A stretch of 64,000 nucleotides of DNA from Octopus sinensis (taxonomy: Eukaryota), in contig NC_043025.1 in assembly GCF_006345805.1 (NCBI RefSeq), positions 1,364,001-1,428,000 of the forward strand. Direction: 5' to 3'. Shown piece by piece: positions 26,745 to 40,987 of the stretch (positions are counted from its first letter, which is position 1; each line of letters opens with the position of its first letter). The position numbers were made by a program, and so were the translations under genes. The notes beneath the pieces were generated by a model. The model made no database searches, had not been told where the DNA came from, and saw nothing but the letters and a program-made list of their open reading frames with translations.

Positions 26745-26814
26745 ACATACATACATACATACATACATACATACATACATACATACATACAACCATACAT
26801 GTATATATATATTA

Positions 26815-27200
26815 GCAATAACGGAGGAATTCAAGACAAGCTGCCACTTGGAATTCTTCTATGCTGATGGCCTTGCTCTAAAAGCTGAGTCACAAGAACT
26901 AGAAACGAAGTTGAGGGTGTGGAAGCAGGATCTAGAATCAAAGAGCCTTAGGGTTAACCGAACAAAAACCAAATCACAAATTCCTTCAGGTAGATAGCCC
27001 TGCTCTGTCTGTAGAAAAGGTGTAGGTAGAAACTCCATGAGATATACCCTGCGTAAGCTATGGACACATAAGTTGCACAACAATATCAAAGGAAGGATAA
27101 CCGAGCCGATAGTTTTTGTGTGTGGCAGATGCACAGGGATAATAAACACTGAAGATGTACACAAAACAGATTCCATCACATGTCAGGGGGAAAAGCTAGA
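26815..27200 (+). mobile_element. RTE RT fragment with Cys-rich (PHD-like) insert
   Basis: FYADG, LRVN..KTK, PCSVCRKGVGRNS...FVCGRC. Confidence 0.75.
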
Positions 27201-27344
27201 AGTAATTGATATTTCCTGGGTTACATTGCAGGAGGCAAGATCTTATCATCTCCAGGCAGTCTTGGAAATAGTGTAAGGGTGCTTTTAGGGGTGTGTAGGC
27301 CCCAGTCCCAGACAGGTCTTTGCACTTGTTGTGTACAGAGACTG

Positions 27345-27390
<46 letters not shown>

Positions 27391-27559
27391 TGGCACGTAA
27401 AAGCACCCACTCCAATCACGGAGTGGTTGGCGTTAGGAAGGGCATTCAGCTGTAGAAACTTTGCCAGATCAGACTAGGCCTGGTGCAGCCTTCTGACTTC
27501 CCAGACCCCAGTTGAACCGTCCAACCCATGATAGCATGGAAAGCGGACGCTAAACGATG

Positions 27560-27594
<35 letters not shown>

Positions 27595-27910
27595 ATATAT
27601 ATTATAGACATAGGCATATATCCAATAGAATATTCAATATATATATGTGTGCACTTTCAAATATACTTATATACATATGTATATATAAATATACGGTGGT
27701 GCCCCAGCATGACCGCAGCTTTCTGGCTGAAACATCTTTAAGGATTTAAGGATATATATACACACACACACATACATACATACATACATACATACGTACA
27801 TACATACATACCTACATACATACGTACATACATACATACGTACACACATACATACATACATACATACATACATACATACAAACACACACACACACACACA
27901 CATACATACA

Positions 27911-27942
<32 letters not shown>

Positions 27943-28057
27943 CAGGAAACATCTACATATTTCACGTGATGTTTAGAGGGACTTTTCTCTTTCTGTGTTT
28001 TTAATTCTTGTATCTTCTTTTCGAGACGATATTGTTCATGTCTTTATTGCTTTTCAG

Positions 28058-28638
28058 ATCAATAAACGAAACGTGAACGGTGACACACCTCTACTTCTGG
28101 CTTGTCACAGGGGTAACACAGAAGTCATTCAACAACTTCTCTTGTATAAACCCGATGTTAATCTGGAGAATAAACATAATAACACGCCGCTACACTGGGC
28201 CTGCAGTTGGGGATTCAAAGACATTGTTGAACAACTCTTGCTGTTTGATGCCGACGTCAATAGGAAAGATATATATCACTACACACCTCTACACTGGGCC
28301 TGTGATAGTGGACATCTTGAAGTTGTTCAACAGCTCCTATGGTGGAGCAAGAGCTGTTCAGAATCTTCATTAACTAAAGCTGATGTCAATGCTGTGGATT
28401 CAGACGATGTTACAGCTCTACATGTGGCCTGTGGACTTGGATACGAAAATATTATTAAAGAACTTCAAATACCTGAACTTAAAGTCAATGCGAAAGATAA
28501 AAAGTATGAAAACACACCTTTACACTGGGCCTGTCGCAGTGGACATAAACAAGCTGTTCAACAACTTCTGAATTCTAAACCTGATGTTAATCTAACGAAT
28601 GCAGAGGGCAACACACCTCTACATCTGGCAGTTCTAAA
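28058..28638 (+). CDS. Ankyrin-repeat gene (MIB2-like), exon A (about six ANK repeats); upstream exons not identified
   Basis: Acceptor TTTTCAG, donor GTAAGT (phase 2). Repeated TPLHWAC/TPLLLAC...DVN motifs, no stops. Confidence 0.9.
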
Positions 28639-29201
28639 GTAAGTCCTCATTGGATGTGGATTATCCAAATATATTTCTTTTAATTTTTCAATGTTTTTAT
28701 CGAGCCACTCTTGTCATAATTCCAGCATGGGTCATTCTTCTATTCCCTTCTATCTTTCTTCCGCTTTCTCTCTCTCTTTCTCTCTCTATTGTAATGTTCC
28801 TCTTTCCTCTGACCCTGGGCTAAATACAGAATCATCCCGTTGCAATATTTAATTTGTTATCTTTAAGTTCTAAGTTCAAATCATGCCAGGTTTAATAAAC
28901 TGTTCCCCCTCTCTCTTGTTTTTATGTCTTATTAGTTTTGGACAAAATACCTTGTGGTATTTACGACCCTTTATACTTTGAGTTCAAATCCTGCTGAGGT
29001 TCATTCGGCTTTTCATTTTTGCAAAGTCAGTAAAAATACAATACCGGTGATTGCATAGACTGGAGTCTATACAATCACTCTACCCCTTCTCCACTCCTAG
29101 ATTTCAGACACTGTACTTATGTAACAGTTGTAAATTGTATATATATATATTTGTTGCTGTGGTTACTCAACTCTCTTTTTCCCTCTCTCTCTCTCTATAT
29201 A

Positions 29202-29281
<80 letters not shown>

Positions 29282-29289
29282 AGTGTATT

Positions 29290-30600
29290 TTTACCTTGTT
29301 AACAATTAACACGGAAAAAATAAATAAATAGTTACCAGGGCAGCAAAAATCTCACAAGTAAAGGTGTTGTAACTCCTTGTTTATAAAGGTAGAAACTTCG
29401 TGTTTACGTTGAATATTTTGAATAATATGAATAAAAAATGGAGTTAACGCAGGTGTAAACAAATATTTTTACTTTCGACACATGCTTCGAAAATTCCACT
29501 GATCCTATTCAAAAGAATAAATGGTATAAACAATGCAATCTTCTCCTCAGGAAAGTGAAAAAAAAAGAACTCGTCAATAAGACATTTTAGCAAAAAATGA
29601 TGGGTTTGTATAGCGATAGACAGAACGCTATTAATATTGTTTAAAAAAACCTTATATGATATAACGTCATAAGTAGCTAACAGAAAGAGTAGGGATATTA
29701 ATAGTGAATGTTAAATATAAAGGAAATTAAAGTCTAAACTATATATAATGATAGAGACTACTTATATGCACTAAATGTATGTTTTTACCAATGCTTACAT
29801 CTGTATGCTCGCTCTATAACCGTGTTTACTAGAGTATTTTTAGAAAAAGTAATGAAAAATAGCTCAGAATTGCAAGAAGACAGAATTCCTTGCCTTTGTC
29901 ATATGGTATCGAAATTGAGAGGATCAACCATTCTAAATGAAATTGTTCATTGTGGTCTTTTAAATCTCAAATCAGTTTGCTGAGACCGGTACTATTACGT
30001 TTATTTCTATCCCTAAATGTTGAGTAATGGATAGAAATTCTTTTAGATAACTCTAACGATGTGCTTCCAATGTAAAATCGTACTTTATTACGAGTACTGA
30101 TTATACACTGGTATATAGAATTTTTAATCTTAGAGTTACTTGACATAAATTTAATTCTATTGGAATTGACTTCAGATACAATAACCTTGTTATTAATATT
30201 TCTAGAGGGTTGGATAATATTAGCTAAATTAATGTTAGTATTAGTAAATGTATTAATATTTAACAGTTTGTTATTATGAGAAGATATAATTTGCAAGAGA
30301 TTTTTTGTGTTTGAAAAACCTATCCTAACCTTATGTGAATTGATTATAGAGAAATGTTTGGAAAATTCGTAGCAATCATCATCATCATTGTTCGACCGTG
30401 GTCGAGACAATGGAATTGACTATGCCTCGCCAGACTTCACGGTCCATCATGGTATTACGGAGGTCCTGTTGCTGGATGCCTGTATCCCTGGAGATTACAT
30501 CAGGGTAGGAGAGTGTGCGCCCTCTGGTATTGACGAAACAGCAGTGGGAGATTAGATTTAATTTGTCTCCCGTAAGGAATTATTAACCAAATATTTTTAC
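29290..30600 (-). mobile_element. Naiad-type Penelope 3' fragment (GIY-YIG plus 3' UTR) with a small RTE-like 3' insert at about 30375-30530
   Basis: NSIYQCII...FYIGSTSLELSKRISIH...TGLSKLI in ORF 29967-30410. Confidence 0.78.
29471..29556 (-). ncRNA. Hammerhead-like motif downstream of the Naiad fragment (GAAG variant)
   Basis: Minus strand ACTTTC-CTGAGGA-GAAG...TTTC-GAAGC-ATGT-GTC-GAAAGT. Confidence 0.62.
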
Positions 30601-30863
30601 TAGTATTCATAGCGTAATTACTTTAAACCATTTAAAGTGAAAACTATGCTAATTCCTAATATATAAAAAATGGCCTAAAAGGGTATTATACGTCAGCAAA
30701 GGTTGGAAAATAATGAGGCAAAGCTTTATATATATACTTACAGACACACACACACACATAAATACACCCACGCAACATATATAAGAATTCATATACCCCA
30801 TACATTTACCAGCACTCACACAAACACACAAAACATTATACACACACACATGCACACCAACAC

Positions 30864-30929
<66 letters not shown>

Positions 30930-30943
<14 letters not shown>

Positions 30944-31878
30944 GGCAGTTTGTCTGTCTGTGTGTCTGTGTGTCTGTCAGGTTGTACCCTCACCCTGACC
31001 ACGGCTTTCAACCGATTCTGATGAAACTTGACACACACATAGCCCAATGTCATAATTCAAAACTAACGCAGCGAAAATTTTGAAAAGTTCCCCCAGTTCT
31101 GAAAAAAATCGATAAATTCGACATGGGGTCGAGAATCAGAAACACAAACCACAGACTGTCTAGGGGACGCAACTCGACCTTTTTAACTCTCAACTCCATC
31201 AATATCCAGCTACTTGAAGCTATTCCTGGTGATGTCCACGTCTACAAATCTTTTGATAGGACAGCAGACCCCGCCGAGCTTGCCGATTATCCTGTTGAAT
31301 TCCTGAATTCACTTGAACCGCCATGCCTGCCGCCACACATCCTGAAGTTAAAAGTTGGTGCACCCATTATGCTCATCAGGAATTTGGTTCCACCTAAACA
31401 GTACAACAGCACACGTCTGGTTGTGAAACATTTGCCACAACATTTAATAATGGCCACAATACTTACCGGTTGTGGGAAGGGAGAGGACGTCTTCATTCCA
31501 CGCATGCACCTTCAACCGTCGGGTGCTGACCTACCAATCCACTTCAAGCGTTCTCAGTTTCCTGTTAAACTCTGCTTCGCAATGTCCATCAATAAATCCC
31601 AAGGCCAAACGCTACAAGTCGCTGGGTTACAGTTGGGCGAACAGTGCTTCGCCCACGGTCAACTCTACGTGGGCTGTTCACGCGTTGGGAGGCGCAATGA
31701 TGTTTTCGCCCAAAGGGACAGCTAGGAACATCGTATACACAGAAGTATTCGAGTGAAGAGAAGACATTGCGACCTACACATGCGCCTTCGTTCCCTAGAG
31801 GGAAAGGACTAGATTGGGATTAGTCGTTGCCTACTAGGGGCTCTTACATACCCGGGCAACGCCAGGCTATGCTGCTAG
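30930..31878 (+). mobile_element. Internally deleted Helitron with Pif1 helicase C-terminal fragment
   Basis: ORF 31123-31725 has YPVEFLNSL, FAMSINKSQGQTL and HGQLYVGCSRV. 5' (TA)n...GTCTGTCTG. 3' hairpin CCCGGGCAACGCCAGG followed by CTAG|T. Confidence 0.9.
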
Positions 31879-32943
31879 TATATATATATATATATACCCA
31901 TCCACACACACACACACATCCATACATTCAACAGCACACATATATACACACACACATATACACACCTGCACCTATATACATATACATACAAATATATAAA
32001 CATATATACCTAGGCACACACACACATATATACACTCAACGCATACACGCATTCATATACACACATACACACTCCTCAGACACATGTATATACACATCTG
32101 CATGCATACCAATATACATCCATTCATCAACCCACACATATACCCACACATACACACAAGGTCATACATCCGCATATATACACACAGACCTATACACATA
32201 TGCGCGCACACACACATAAACATATGTACATACATATACATACAAGTATATACATACATACAAGTATATACATACATACACAAAATTATGTACATATAAC
32301 CATACACACCCACACATATGTAAACATACACACATGCTCGCATATATGCGCGCACATACAACCGCCCATACATACACACATGTCACACACACTTACACAT
32401 GCGCACACATATATGTGCATACGCATATATGCACGCATATATGCGCTCACACATCCTTGCACACTCATACATTTACGCATGCATAGAAATACATGCCAGC
32501 ACATACACCCAGGAATGCACACATACATATGGACATATTCATACATGCATACAGACATACGCATACATACACACATGCACACACATATATACGGATATAC
32601 ATGCACGCCTACACATGCACGTACACATACTCTCGTGCATATACATACACAAATGCACACATATATATATATATATGTTATAATGAATTATCAAGTACCA
32701 GTAAATAAAAAAGTACAAATAAGTACAAACATACATAAAAACAACTTAATATTGGAGGCCACCATGTGGATTCATACAAAAACCTACATGAAAAATAAAT
32801 ATATGCCAGTAATGAATAATATGAATTGGTATTATCTGTAAGTCGATGACTGAAAGGAATCTGTTCCTCCATTTTCTTATTTGTATTATATATATATATA
32901 TATATATGAAAGGTTTGAAAATGCAATTTTAAAAGATGTTTAT

Positions 32944-32989
32944 TTACTTGACCGGTTTCACTTTTTTAGAATGAAATTGTCAAAAGTAA
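32944..32989 (-). ncRNA. Possible hammerhead with U3-A8 core and weak stem II
   Basis: Minus strand TTACTT-TTGACAA-...-GAAAC-CG-GTC-AAGTAA. Confidence 0.42.
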
Positions 32990-33389
32990 AATGTAAAAGC
33001 TTTGTTGTGTTAGGTTCTGGTTGTCCCAATTATTACAATACATATATACATTCTTTGATAATAACAAGAAAATGTGAAAAACGGTTTACAAGGAAAAATG
33101 ATATATACATACATAAGCCAAAAGAAGAGTGGAGATTAATTCACATCCAAAGCCTTTTTATCAAAAAGTTTTCTACAGAATACCTAAGACTGACCAACAA
33201 TTGGTTCTACTGCACCAACTACTCATTGCTCTGTATGCAAACTTCCTGCGTTAATATTCAGTTGAAGGTCAAAGGGTTTGCTTTTTAAATCGAATTGGAT
33301 TCTGGTCTTAGAATCCCATCTGCTGGTATTACAGTTGAATCGTGGTCATGAAAAAATATATATTTCTTCTACTGTGTAGAATGTATATT

Positions 33390-34375
33390 CATTGTATGTA
33401 TGTATGTATGTATGTGTGTGTATGTATGTATGTATGTATGTATGTGTGTATGTATGTAGGTATGTATGTACGTATGTATGTATGTATGCGTGTATGTATG
33501 TATGTAATGTATGTATGAATGTATGTATGTATGTATGTATGTATGTAGGTATGTATGTATGTATGTAGGTATGTATGTTTGTATGTGTGTGTGTATGTAT
33601 GTATGTATGTATGTATGTATGTGTGTGTATGTATGTAGGTATGTATGTATGTGTTTATGTGTGTGTCTATGTATGTATGTGTGTGTGTATGTAGGTATGT
33701 ATGTATGTATGTATGTTGGCATGTATGTATGTATGTATGTATGTATGAATGTATGTATGTTGGCATGTATGTATGTATGTAGGTATGTATGAATGTATGT
33801 ATGTAGGTATGTATGAATGTATGTATGTAGGTATGTATGTATGTATGTATATAGGTATGTATGTATGTGTGTGTATGTATGTTTGTATGTATGTATGTAT
33901 GTGTATGTATGTAATGTATGTATGAATGTATGTATGTATGTATGTATGTATGTATGTATGTGGTGTATGTATGTATGTATGTATGTATGTAGGTATGTAT
34001 GTGTGTATGTAGGTATGTGTGTATGTGTGTATGTATTTATGTATGTATGTATGTTTGTATGTGTGTGTGTGTATGTATGTATGCATGTATGTATGTATGT
34101 ATGTATGTATGTATGTATGTAGGTATGTGTGTATGTGTGTATGTATGTATGTATGTATGAATGTATGTATGTATGTATTATGTATGTATGTATGTGTATG
34201 TAGGTATGTATGTATGAATGTATGTATGTATGTATGTAGAATGTATGTATGTAGGTATGTGTGTGTATGTATGTATGTATGTATGGTATGTATGTATGTG
34301 TATGTATGTGTGTGTGTGTATGTAGGTATGTATGTACGTATGTATGTATGTATGCATGCATGCATGTATGCATTT
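33390..34375. repeat. About 1 kb (GTAT)n microsatellite
   Basis: Simple repeat. Confidence 0.97.
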
Positions 34376-34522
34376 ATGTCTAAATAACCATTGGTGTAAT
34401 TAGGCTATAATGACCTAATTACTTTTGTTTCCATTAAATTATATCCTAATAATTATTAATTATTAATCTCTATAATTGGTGGTATTTCTTATATTTTTCT
34501 TGCCTCTTTTTATAACTTTCAG

Positions 34523-34559
34523 TCAACGTTACGATGTCGTGGCCTTCCTTCTTTCCCAG
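34523..34559 (+). CDS. Ankyrin gene, 37-bp micro-exon B
   Basis: Pyrimidine tract and TTTCAG acceptor, GTTAGT donor. Phase 2-to-0 joins exons A and C into LHLAVLN-QRYDVVAFLLSQ-PDVEVN, a complete ANK repeat. Confidence 0.85.
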
Positions 34560-35219
34560 GTTAGTTAACACATACATACTATATACACTCTCTAGTATTT
34601 ATTGATCTGTTCAATATTTATACTGGGGGTAGATTTAATCAATTGTACCTTCACCTTTAAGTTGCAGGTCTTGGATTTGTGGAGGAACATGGTATCTTAG
34701 GATGGTATTCGTAGTGATGACACTCCAGCTGACAACCACCACTAACAAAAGCAACTCCATTGGTCACATGATACAACATATATACAACGGCTTAATTAAA
34801 TTAACCCATAGACATCACATTATTTTATGTTTATTTATATATGTGGTTGTATGTACATACATGTGTGTGTTTGTACTCAACCTTGCCTAAACACAACATG
34901 CGAGTTGTAAACGAACATCACCGTAACACATGAGAAGTTGTTCATTTCCTGTCTTCAGCGAAAAACATGTTAAGCTGTCGGAAAAGATTACCTTGCTTGG
35001 AAATAGGTGACGGTTGGTGACAGAGAGGGCACCCTGCCAGAGAGAATCTGTAAAACAGACTCTGTCTGATCCATGCGAGCATGGAAAAGTGAACGTAATG
35101 TTTTCTCTATGTATGTATGTATGTATGTATGTATGTATGTATGTATGTATGTATGTATGTATGTGTGTGTGTGTGTGTATGATGTACGTGTATACACACG
35201 CACGCACATATATATATAT

Positions 35220-35285
<66 letters not shown>

Positions 35286-35321
35286 CATACATACATACAT
35301 ACATACATACATACATACATA

Positions 35322-36555
35322 CGAGGCACGTTCAATAAGTAATGCCTCTGAACCACTTGCAGTTGTTTGATCTAGCTGAAATTTTGCATGTGCAATTATT
35401 TATATCTCTATAGATTAAGCGACAAATTACAGCTCTGAACTAATTGTGGTTTCTAATTTACAGGTGTTTGAAATGAGTCAAGTGTGAAATGGAGCCTGTT
35501 GAGTTTCGAGCAGTGATCCGGTTTTTGTATTTGAAAGGACGCACACCATGGGAGACTTTTGATGAAATGAAAGTAACTTATGGTGATGATGCCCCATCAT
35601 ATGGCCTTGTAAAACGCTGGCATCGTGAATTCAAATATGGTCGGAACTCCGTGGAAACAGCTCCCAGATTTGGTCGCCACACTTCTTCCATTGATGAGGC
35701 ATCTGTCCGTCAATTTGAGGCTGCCATTTTGGAAGATCGACACATAACAATTCGCCAAATAGTCCATCAGGTCACGATTAGTACCGGGTCTGTGAAAACT
35801 ATCATTCATGACCATTTGCATATGCAAAAGGTGTCTTCCAGAAGCAAAAACGCGTCGAGTGCTCGATGATGAATTTGAAGATGTGCCAAGTAGATGAGTC
35901 AAAATTTTTCAAAAGACTGATTACACAGGATGAAACCTGGGTCTATCACTATGATCCAGAGACCAAAGCCCAGTCAATGCAGTGGAAGCACCGTGACTCA
36001 CCTCCTTCAAAGAAGGCAAGGGTACAGTCCTCCGCTGGCAAGTTCATGCTCACAGTCTTCTGCGACCACGACGGAGTAGTGATGACAGATTTCCTGGCAA
36101 AGGGTACCACAGTTACAGGAGCCTATTATGCTTCACTTTTGAGGAAATTAAGAGAAGCTCTCAAAATCAAGAGGCGGGGCAAGATCAGCAAAGGCATCCT
36201 CCTCCTGCAGGACAACGCTCCGGTCCACAACTCACGTGTCGCCAGATCAGAAGCACAGGCGTGCGGCTATGAACTCCTTCCACCCTCTGATTTTCGCCTC
36301 TTCCCAGCCATGAAGTTGTTTTTGAAAGGAAAGTGTTTCCCAGATGATGCAGCCTTGATTTCTGAAGTCACGTCGTGGTTGGAGCACCAAGCTGGGGTCT
36401 TCTAAAAAACAGTCTCCAGAGCTGCATCAAACAATTGGAGAAATGTGTAACTCTGGATAGTTCCTATATAGAAAAAGACTAATAACTGTGCCAAGTTTCT
36501 TTGCTCTACTGTTATGGGAAGTGGGTCAGGGGCATTACTTATTAAACGCCCCTCG
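35322..36555 (+). mobile_element. Mariner transposon, both TIRs, disrupted transposase (35489-36405)
   Basis: TA|CGAGGCACGTTCAATAAGTAATGCC ... GGCATTACTTATTAAACGCCCCTCG|TA. Motifs ITQDETWVYHY, LLQDNAP and PSDF. Confidence 0.93.
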
Positions 36556-36571
36556 TACATATACACACAGA

Positions 36572-36602
<31 letters not shown>

Positions 36603-37299
36603 TGTATGTATGTATGTATGTATATATATATATATAATATATATATATATAAATATATATATATGTGCGTGCGTGTGTATACACGTACATCATACACACA
36701 CACGCACACATACATACATACATACATACATACATACATACATACATACATACATACATACATACAGAAAACATTACGTTCACTTTTTCATTTGAGCATG
36801 GGCAAGTGAACGTAATAATTTTGTGTGTGTGTATGTATATATATATATGGCGGTGCCCCAACATGGCCACAGCTCATGAGCTGAAACTAGATAAAATAAA
36901 ACCAAAAATAAAATATATATGTGTGAGTGTGTGCGTTTATATATAATACATTAACCATGTCTTACTGAATATATCAAACATATGAGCATATATCAAGACA
37001 AACATCTGCTAACCTTGTTTTCATTTGCCGAAATCTATCCACCTAATCCCAGCTCATTCTTTCTGACCTGTCCAAATCTTTAGGGCAACCACAGTCAATG
37101 TCGACACATTGAATTTTATATCTGGTAAAATGTTTGAAATGTTAAAACAGAGTGTGTGGATGTGTGTTGTGTACAAGAGGTAAAATGGAGGGGAACCTTG
37201 TATACATCAAATCTTCTGAACAGACGTTGAAGAGACATCATATCCTCTGGAAAGACAATAGTAATTCGATTGGAGAATGGCCACGATTTTAACAGAGAA

Positions 37300-39560
37300 A
37301 AGTATAAATGAAGGATCAATGTCGTCAGAGTATTTGATAGGATAATTAATCTCAAATTAATCTTGGAAAATACAGAAGTGACTATTATCTCATTTTTATG
37401 AGGTATAGTAGACAATCTCCATGACAAAAGACCCTGCCTCTTTCTTCATGACTGGTGACTTCAATAGATATATAGGGGTAGATTCTATGGTTATGGGTTT
37501 GGTTCTCGAGGTGAGGTGGGATAAAACTCTTGGAGTTCTGGGATGCAAATGACCTGATGATCTGCAGCACTATCTTCAGGAAACAACCAGACACCTAATC
37601 ACCTATCAAGCTAATGATACCAGATTGACTACGTTTTCACATAAAACATTTTATTGACAGATGGCTTTAAATGCAAAGTCCTTCCTTAGGGGAGGAATTT
37701 CTAGTCAACATCGATTAGCAGCTAGCAACTTCAGACTTGCAATTAAAAGAACTTTAAGATGCAAGCCAGTCTGGAAGAAGAAAATATGGATGTTTAAAGA
37801 TTCATCAAGCAGTTGGATTTCGAGGATCCGTAATCAAAACAGTTGATAAAAAAGGTCGAGAAACATATAACATCCACACTTTGAAGTACTCACGGGGAAA
37901 AGTTACTGGGGTGGAGGGATGCAATCCAAATTTGTTCCAATGGGGCCAAGGTTATATCGTAGGGGAGCAGTGAAGTAGACAAAGTCATAAAAGCAAAGAA
38001 GCTACCTTTGAAAAATAGGGGAAACAAATAATAATACCAGAGAAGCTAAAAGAGAAGTTAAACAACATATATATTTAACAAGGTGAGAAGCTAAAAGAAG
38101 GCGTTTGCCAACGTTTTACAACATGAAAAGCAGAGGCATACGATGCTCCAAATTGCAAATCTGTGCACGAGAGAAAATGGAGATGCTGTAGGAGAGAAGT
38201 GCGTACGGATGGATGATGGTTCATTTGCATTTAGTGATTCTGAAAAGAAAGAGGCATGGAAGTGCTACTATGAAAGGCTATTAAACATGGAGAATGTAGG
38301 GAAGAAAGAGAGTATTCAATATTCATCAGAGAGACTAGCTATCCTAGTTAACAGTTGTATAATAGATAAAGCAATTAAATATATAAGGACATGGAAATCC
38401 CCTGGTCTTCCGGGAATTACTACTAAATATTTGGAGGAGTGCATGGCCTAGCCATAGAATAGTTAATCATGTTGTCCATGAAGGAGTTGTACCCAATGAC
38501 TGGTGTAGCAGCATAATAGTCAACTGCTACAATGCATAAAAGAAATGCGTTAGACGAAAGTTCTGGAGGTATCAGTTTGGTCTACCAGATCTGGAAATTT
38601 ACAGAAATTGCTATCGCTCAATTAATAAGACAGCCAGTCTCTCTCTCTCTATTTCTCTTTCTTACTTTCTTTCTTTCTTTCTCTCTCTCTCTCTCTCCCT
38701 CTCTCTCTCACTCACTCTCTCTCTCACTCACTCTCTCTCTCACTCACTCTCTCTCTCTCTCTCACACACACACAAGGAAACTTCAGAAGGGGTGTTTAGC
38801 TAAAACTACACCATTGAAATTGACTTACATCACCTTACAGAAGGCCTTCGACTGATTTCCCTGCTGCTTGGTCGGGTGGGTGGTCACTAGGAAAGTTGCG
38901 GACAAAGGAATGGTTGGTGGGAGCTGTCCAAATCATGTACCTGGGTGCTGCCTGTAAGATGTGAGTTAACGATGAGTACAGTGACAACTTTAGCGTGCAG
39001 GTAGCAGTTCATATGGGTTTCCTTAGAAATAGTAGATCGTTTCCATAACCTAAGGGACCAAATTAGCAGTGGAGGAGTATGTTCTGAAAGTATAAGAGCT
39101 AGAATTTCAACTAACTGAAAAAGTTCAGAGATTTATTACTACTGTTCATTAGAAAGGGCCTCTGCCTCTGAATAAAAATTAGATTGTATGAGGCCTGTGC
39201 ACAAAAAGATATGTTTCACGATGGTGAAACATGGGCTATGGCTGCAGAGGACAAGCAAAGGCTTGAAAGAAAAGAAACCATCATACAACCAAAACCATAC
39301 AACAAAGAACAATTTAGAGAATTAAGAAAAAGGGAATTCAGATGTAGTGTGCAAGAGAGAAGATCGTAGTAGCTTGGTCATGTGGTTCATATGGATGAAG
39401 ACAGCTATAGAAAGAAGCGTCAGTCACTAAATGTGGATGGACATAGTGAATGAGGGAAGTGGAGGGAGACATGGACCGAACTCTAGCTGATGAACCTCAT
39501 AGGAGAGATGACAAATGACTGAAATGACGAGCAATCCACTGTCCTCAAGAAGATCCATCT
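37300..39560 (+). mobile_element. Old, degenerate RTE LINE
   Basis: Remnants GDFN, QIDY, KSPG, LQKAFD and HDGETW in scattered frames. Confidence 0.72.
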
Positions 39561-40324
39561 ATCTTAGCAAAAATGGGGTTCTAAAAACATATGGTTGATG
39601 TCTATGCCCCTACATCGGTCAAACCTTACTTGCAACTTCGTACACAACTTCCCTCTCTCCCCACCCTCTAACTACCCTACTATTTCCTCAGTTGCTATAA
39701 TTACAAGAGAGAATAACGACACGTATTCCCTCTCCATTTTTCTCTGCCAGAAATCTCTTTCCAGGAAACCATTCTCTTTGTTATTTATCTCGCATTTCCA
39801 ACATTATCTCTCAGCCTCCTCCTCTTTGCAATACCTTCTCATATCTGCCATCACTATATCTACCCATATGTAACACTAACATCAGCATCTGCCACTCTGC
39901 TCCTCTCTCTCTCTCTTCCACATTTCACATCTCCCTATTTTTCATCTCTGTAGTTTTACCATACGGTTGCGTTCTAACCTCCACTTATGTCCTGCCTCCT
40001 CCTATCATGTCCTCCTCCTCCTCCTCCTCCTCTCTGATCTTCTCCTATGTCTTTTTAATTCCCTCTCAAACTCAGACTCACCATTCTTCACACCTTCATC
40101 CATGTTCGTCAGTCACCACATTCATCTATATTCTCATTTCTAATGTCTGTCATTCGCCCTTCGCACTCTCGTCAACCTACCGACCTAGTTACCCTTGATC
40201 GTATGCCTCTACTCTCTATTCACTTTCTTGGACCTTGAAGAAACACTATAGCATCACATCTCCGCTATTCTGTCTCCTTACCCTGTTGGGGGTAGCCATA
40301 GATCTCGTCTATAGCAAGATACTC

Positions 40325-40373
<49 letters not shown>

Positions 40374-40987
40374 TCCAATGTAAAAATCTATCAAATGATT
40401 TTCCTCTCTGCAAAGAAGGGTCTGAATCTTTTACTTACCATTGAGATATAGTGTGGGTCCTTCCAGCAACGTCTACTTGATTTTCTATGGCATTGCTTCC
40501 TGTTTTAATCAACATATATAGTTGGCCAATATTGCAATATTGTGTCTGTTTTCGGTTCTTAAAACGCACCTGTGATTATTCAATCTGGCCTTGAAAGGGC
40601 CATCTACTTCCTGACATAGTTTGTTGTTGCTTTTGTATGATATTGTAGCAATATTGATATCCTCACTGTTTGCGAAAAACATTAGAAATGATCTCGTTTG
40701 AGATTACAACCATCTTTGGATAGTTTAACCCTGTTGTGTCCACTGATCTGATTGGTTAGCATCTAGTGCGGTCTGTCTCTCTACTTATTTCGCACCAGTG
40801 TGTAAACTGACCAATCACGGCCTTTGGATAGGATCTTTCAATTGAGCCATCTTCACTCCTTAAATAAGCTAGTATTTTCACAATTCATCGTCTTTCGGCT
40901 TTAGACCTTCTAAGGTCTAGTCGGAGACCACAGAGCTACTCAGCCATGTTCCAGTTCGAACAACAGACGACAGCCAAGCCAACCATG

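Noticed and set aside
28860-29130. tRNA-like B-box GTTCAAATC motifs
   Set aside because: No cloverleaf structure; consistent with decayed SINE heads rather than tRNA genes.
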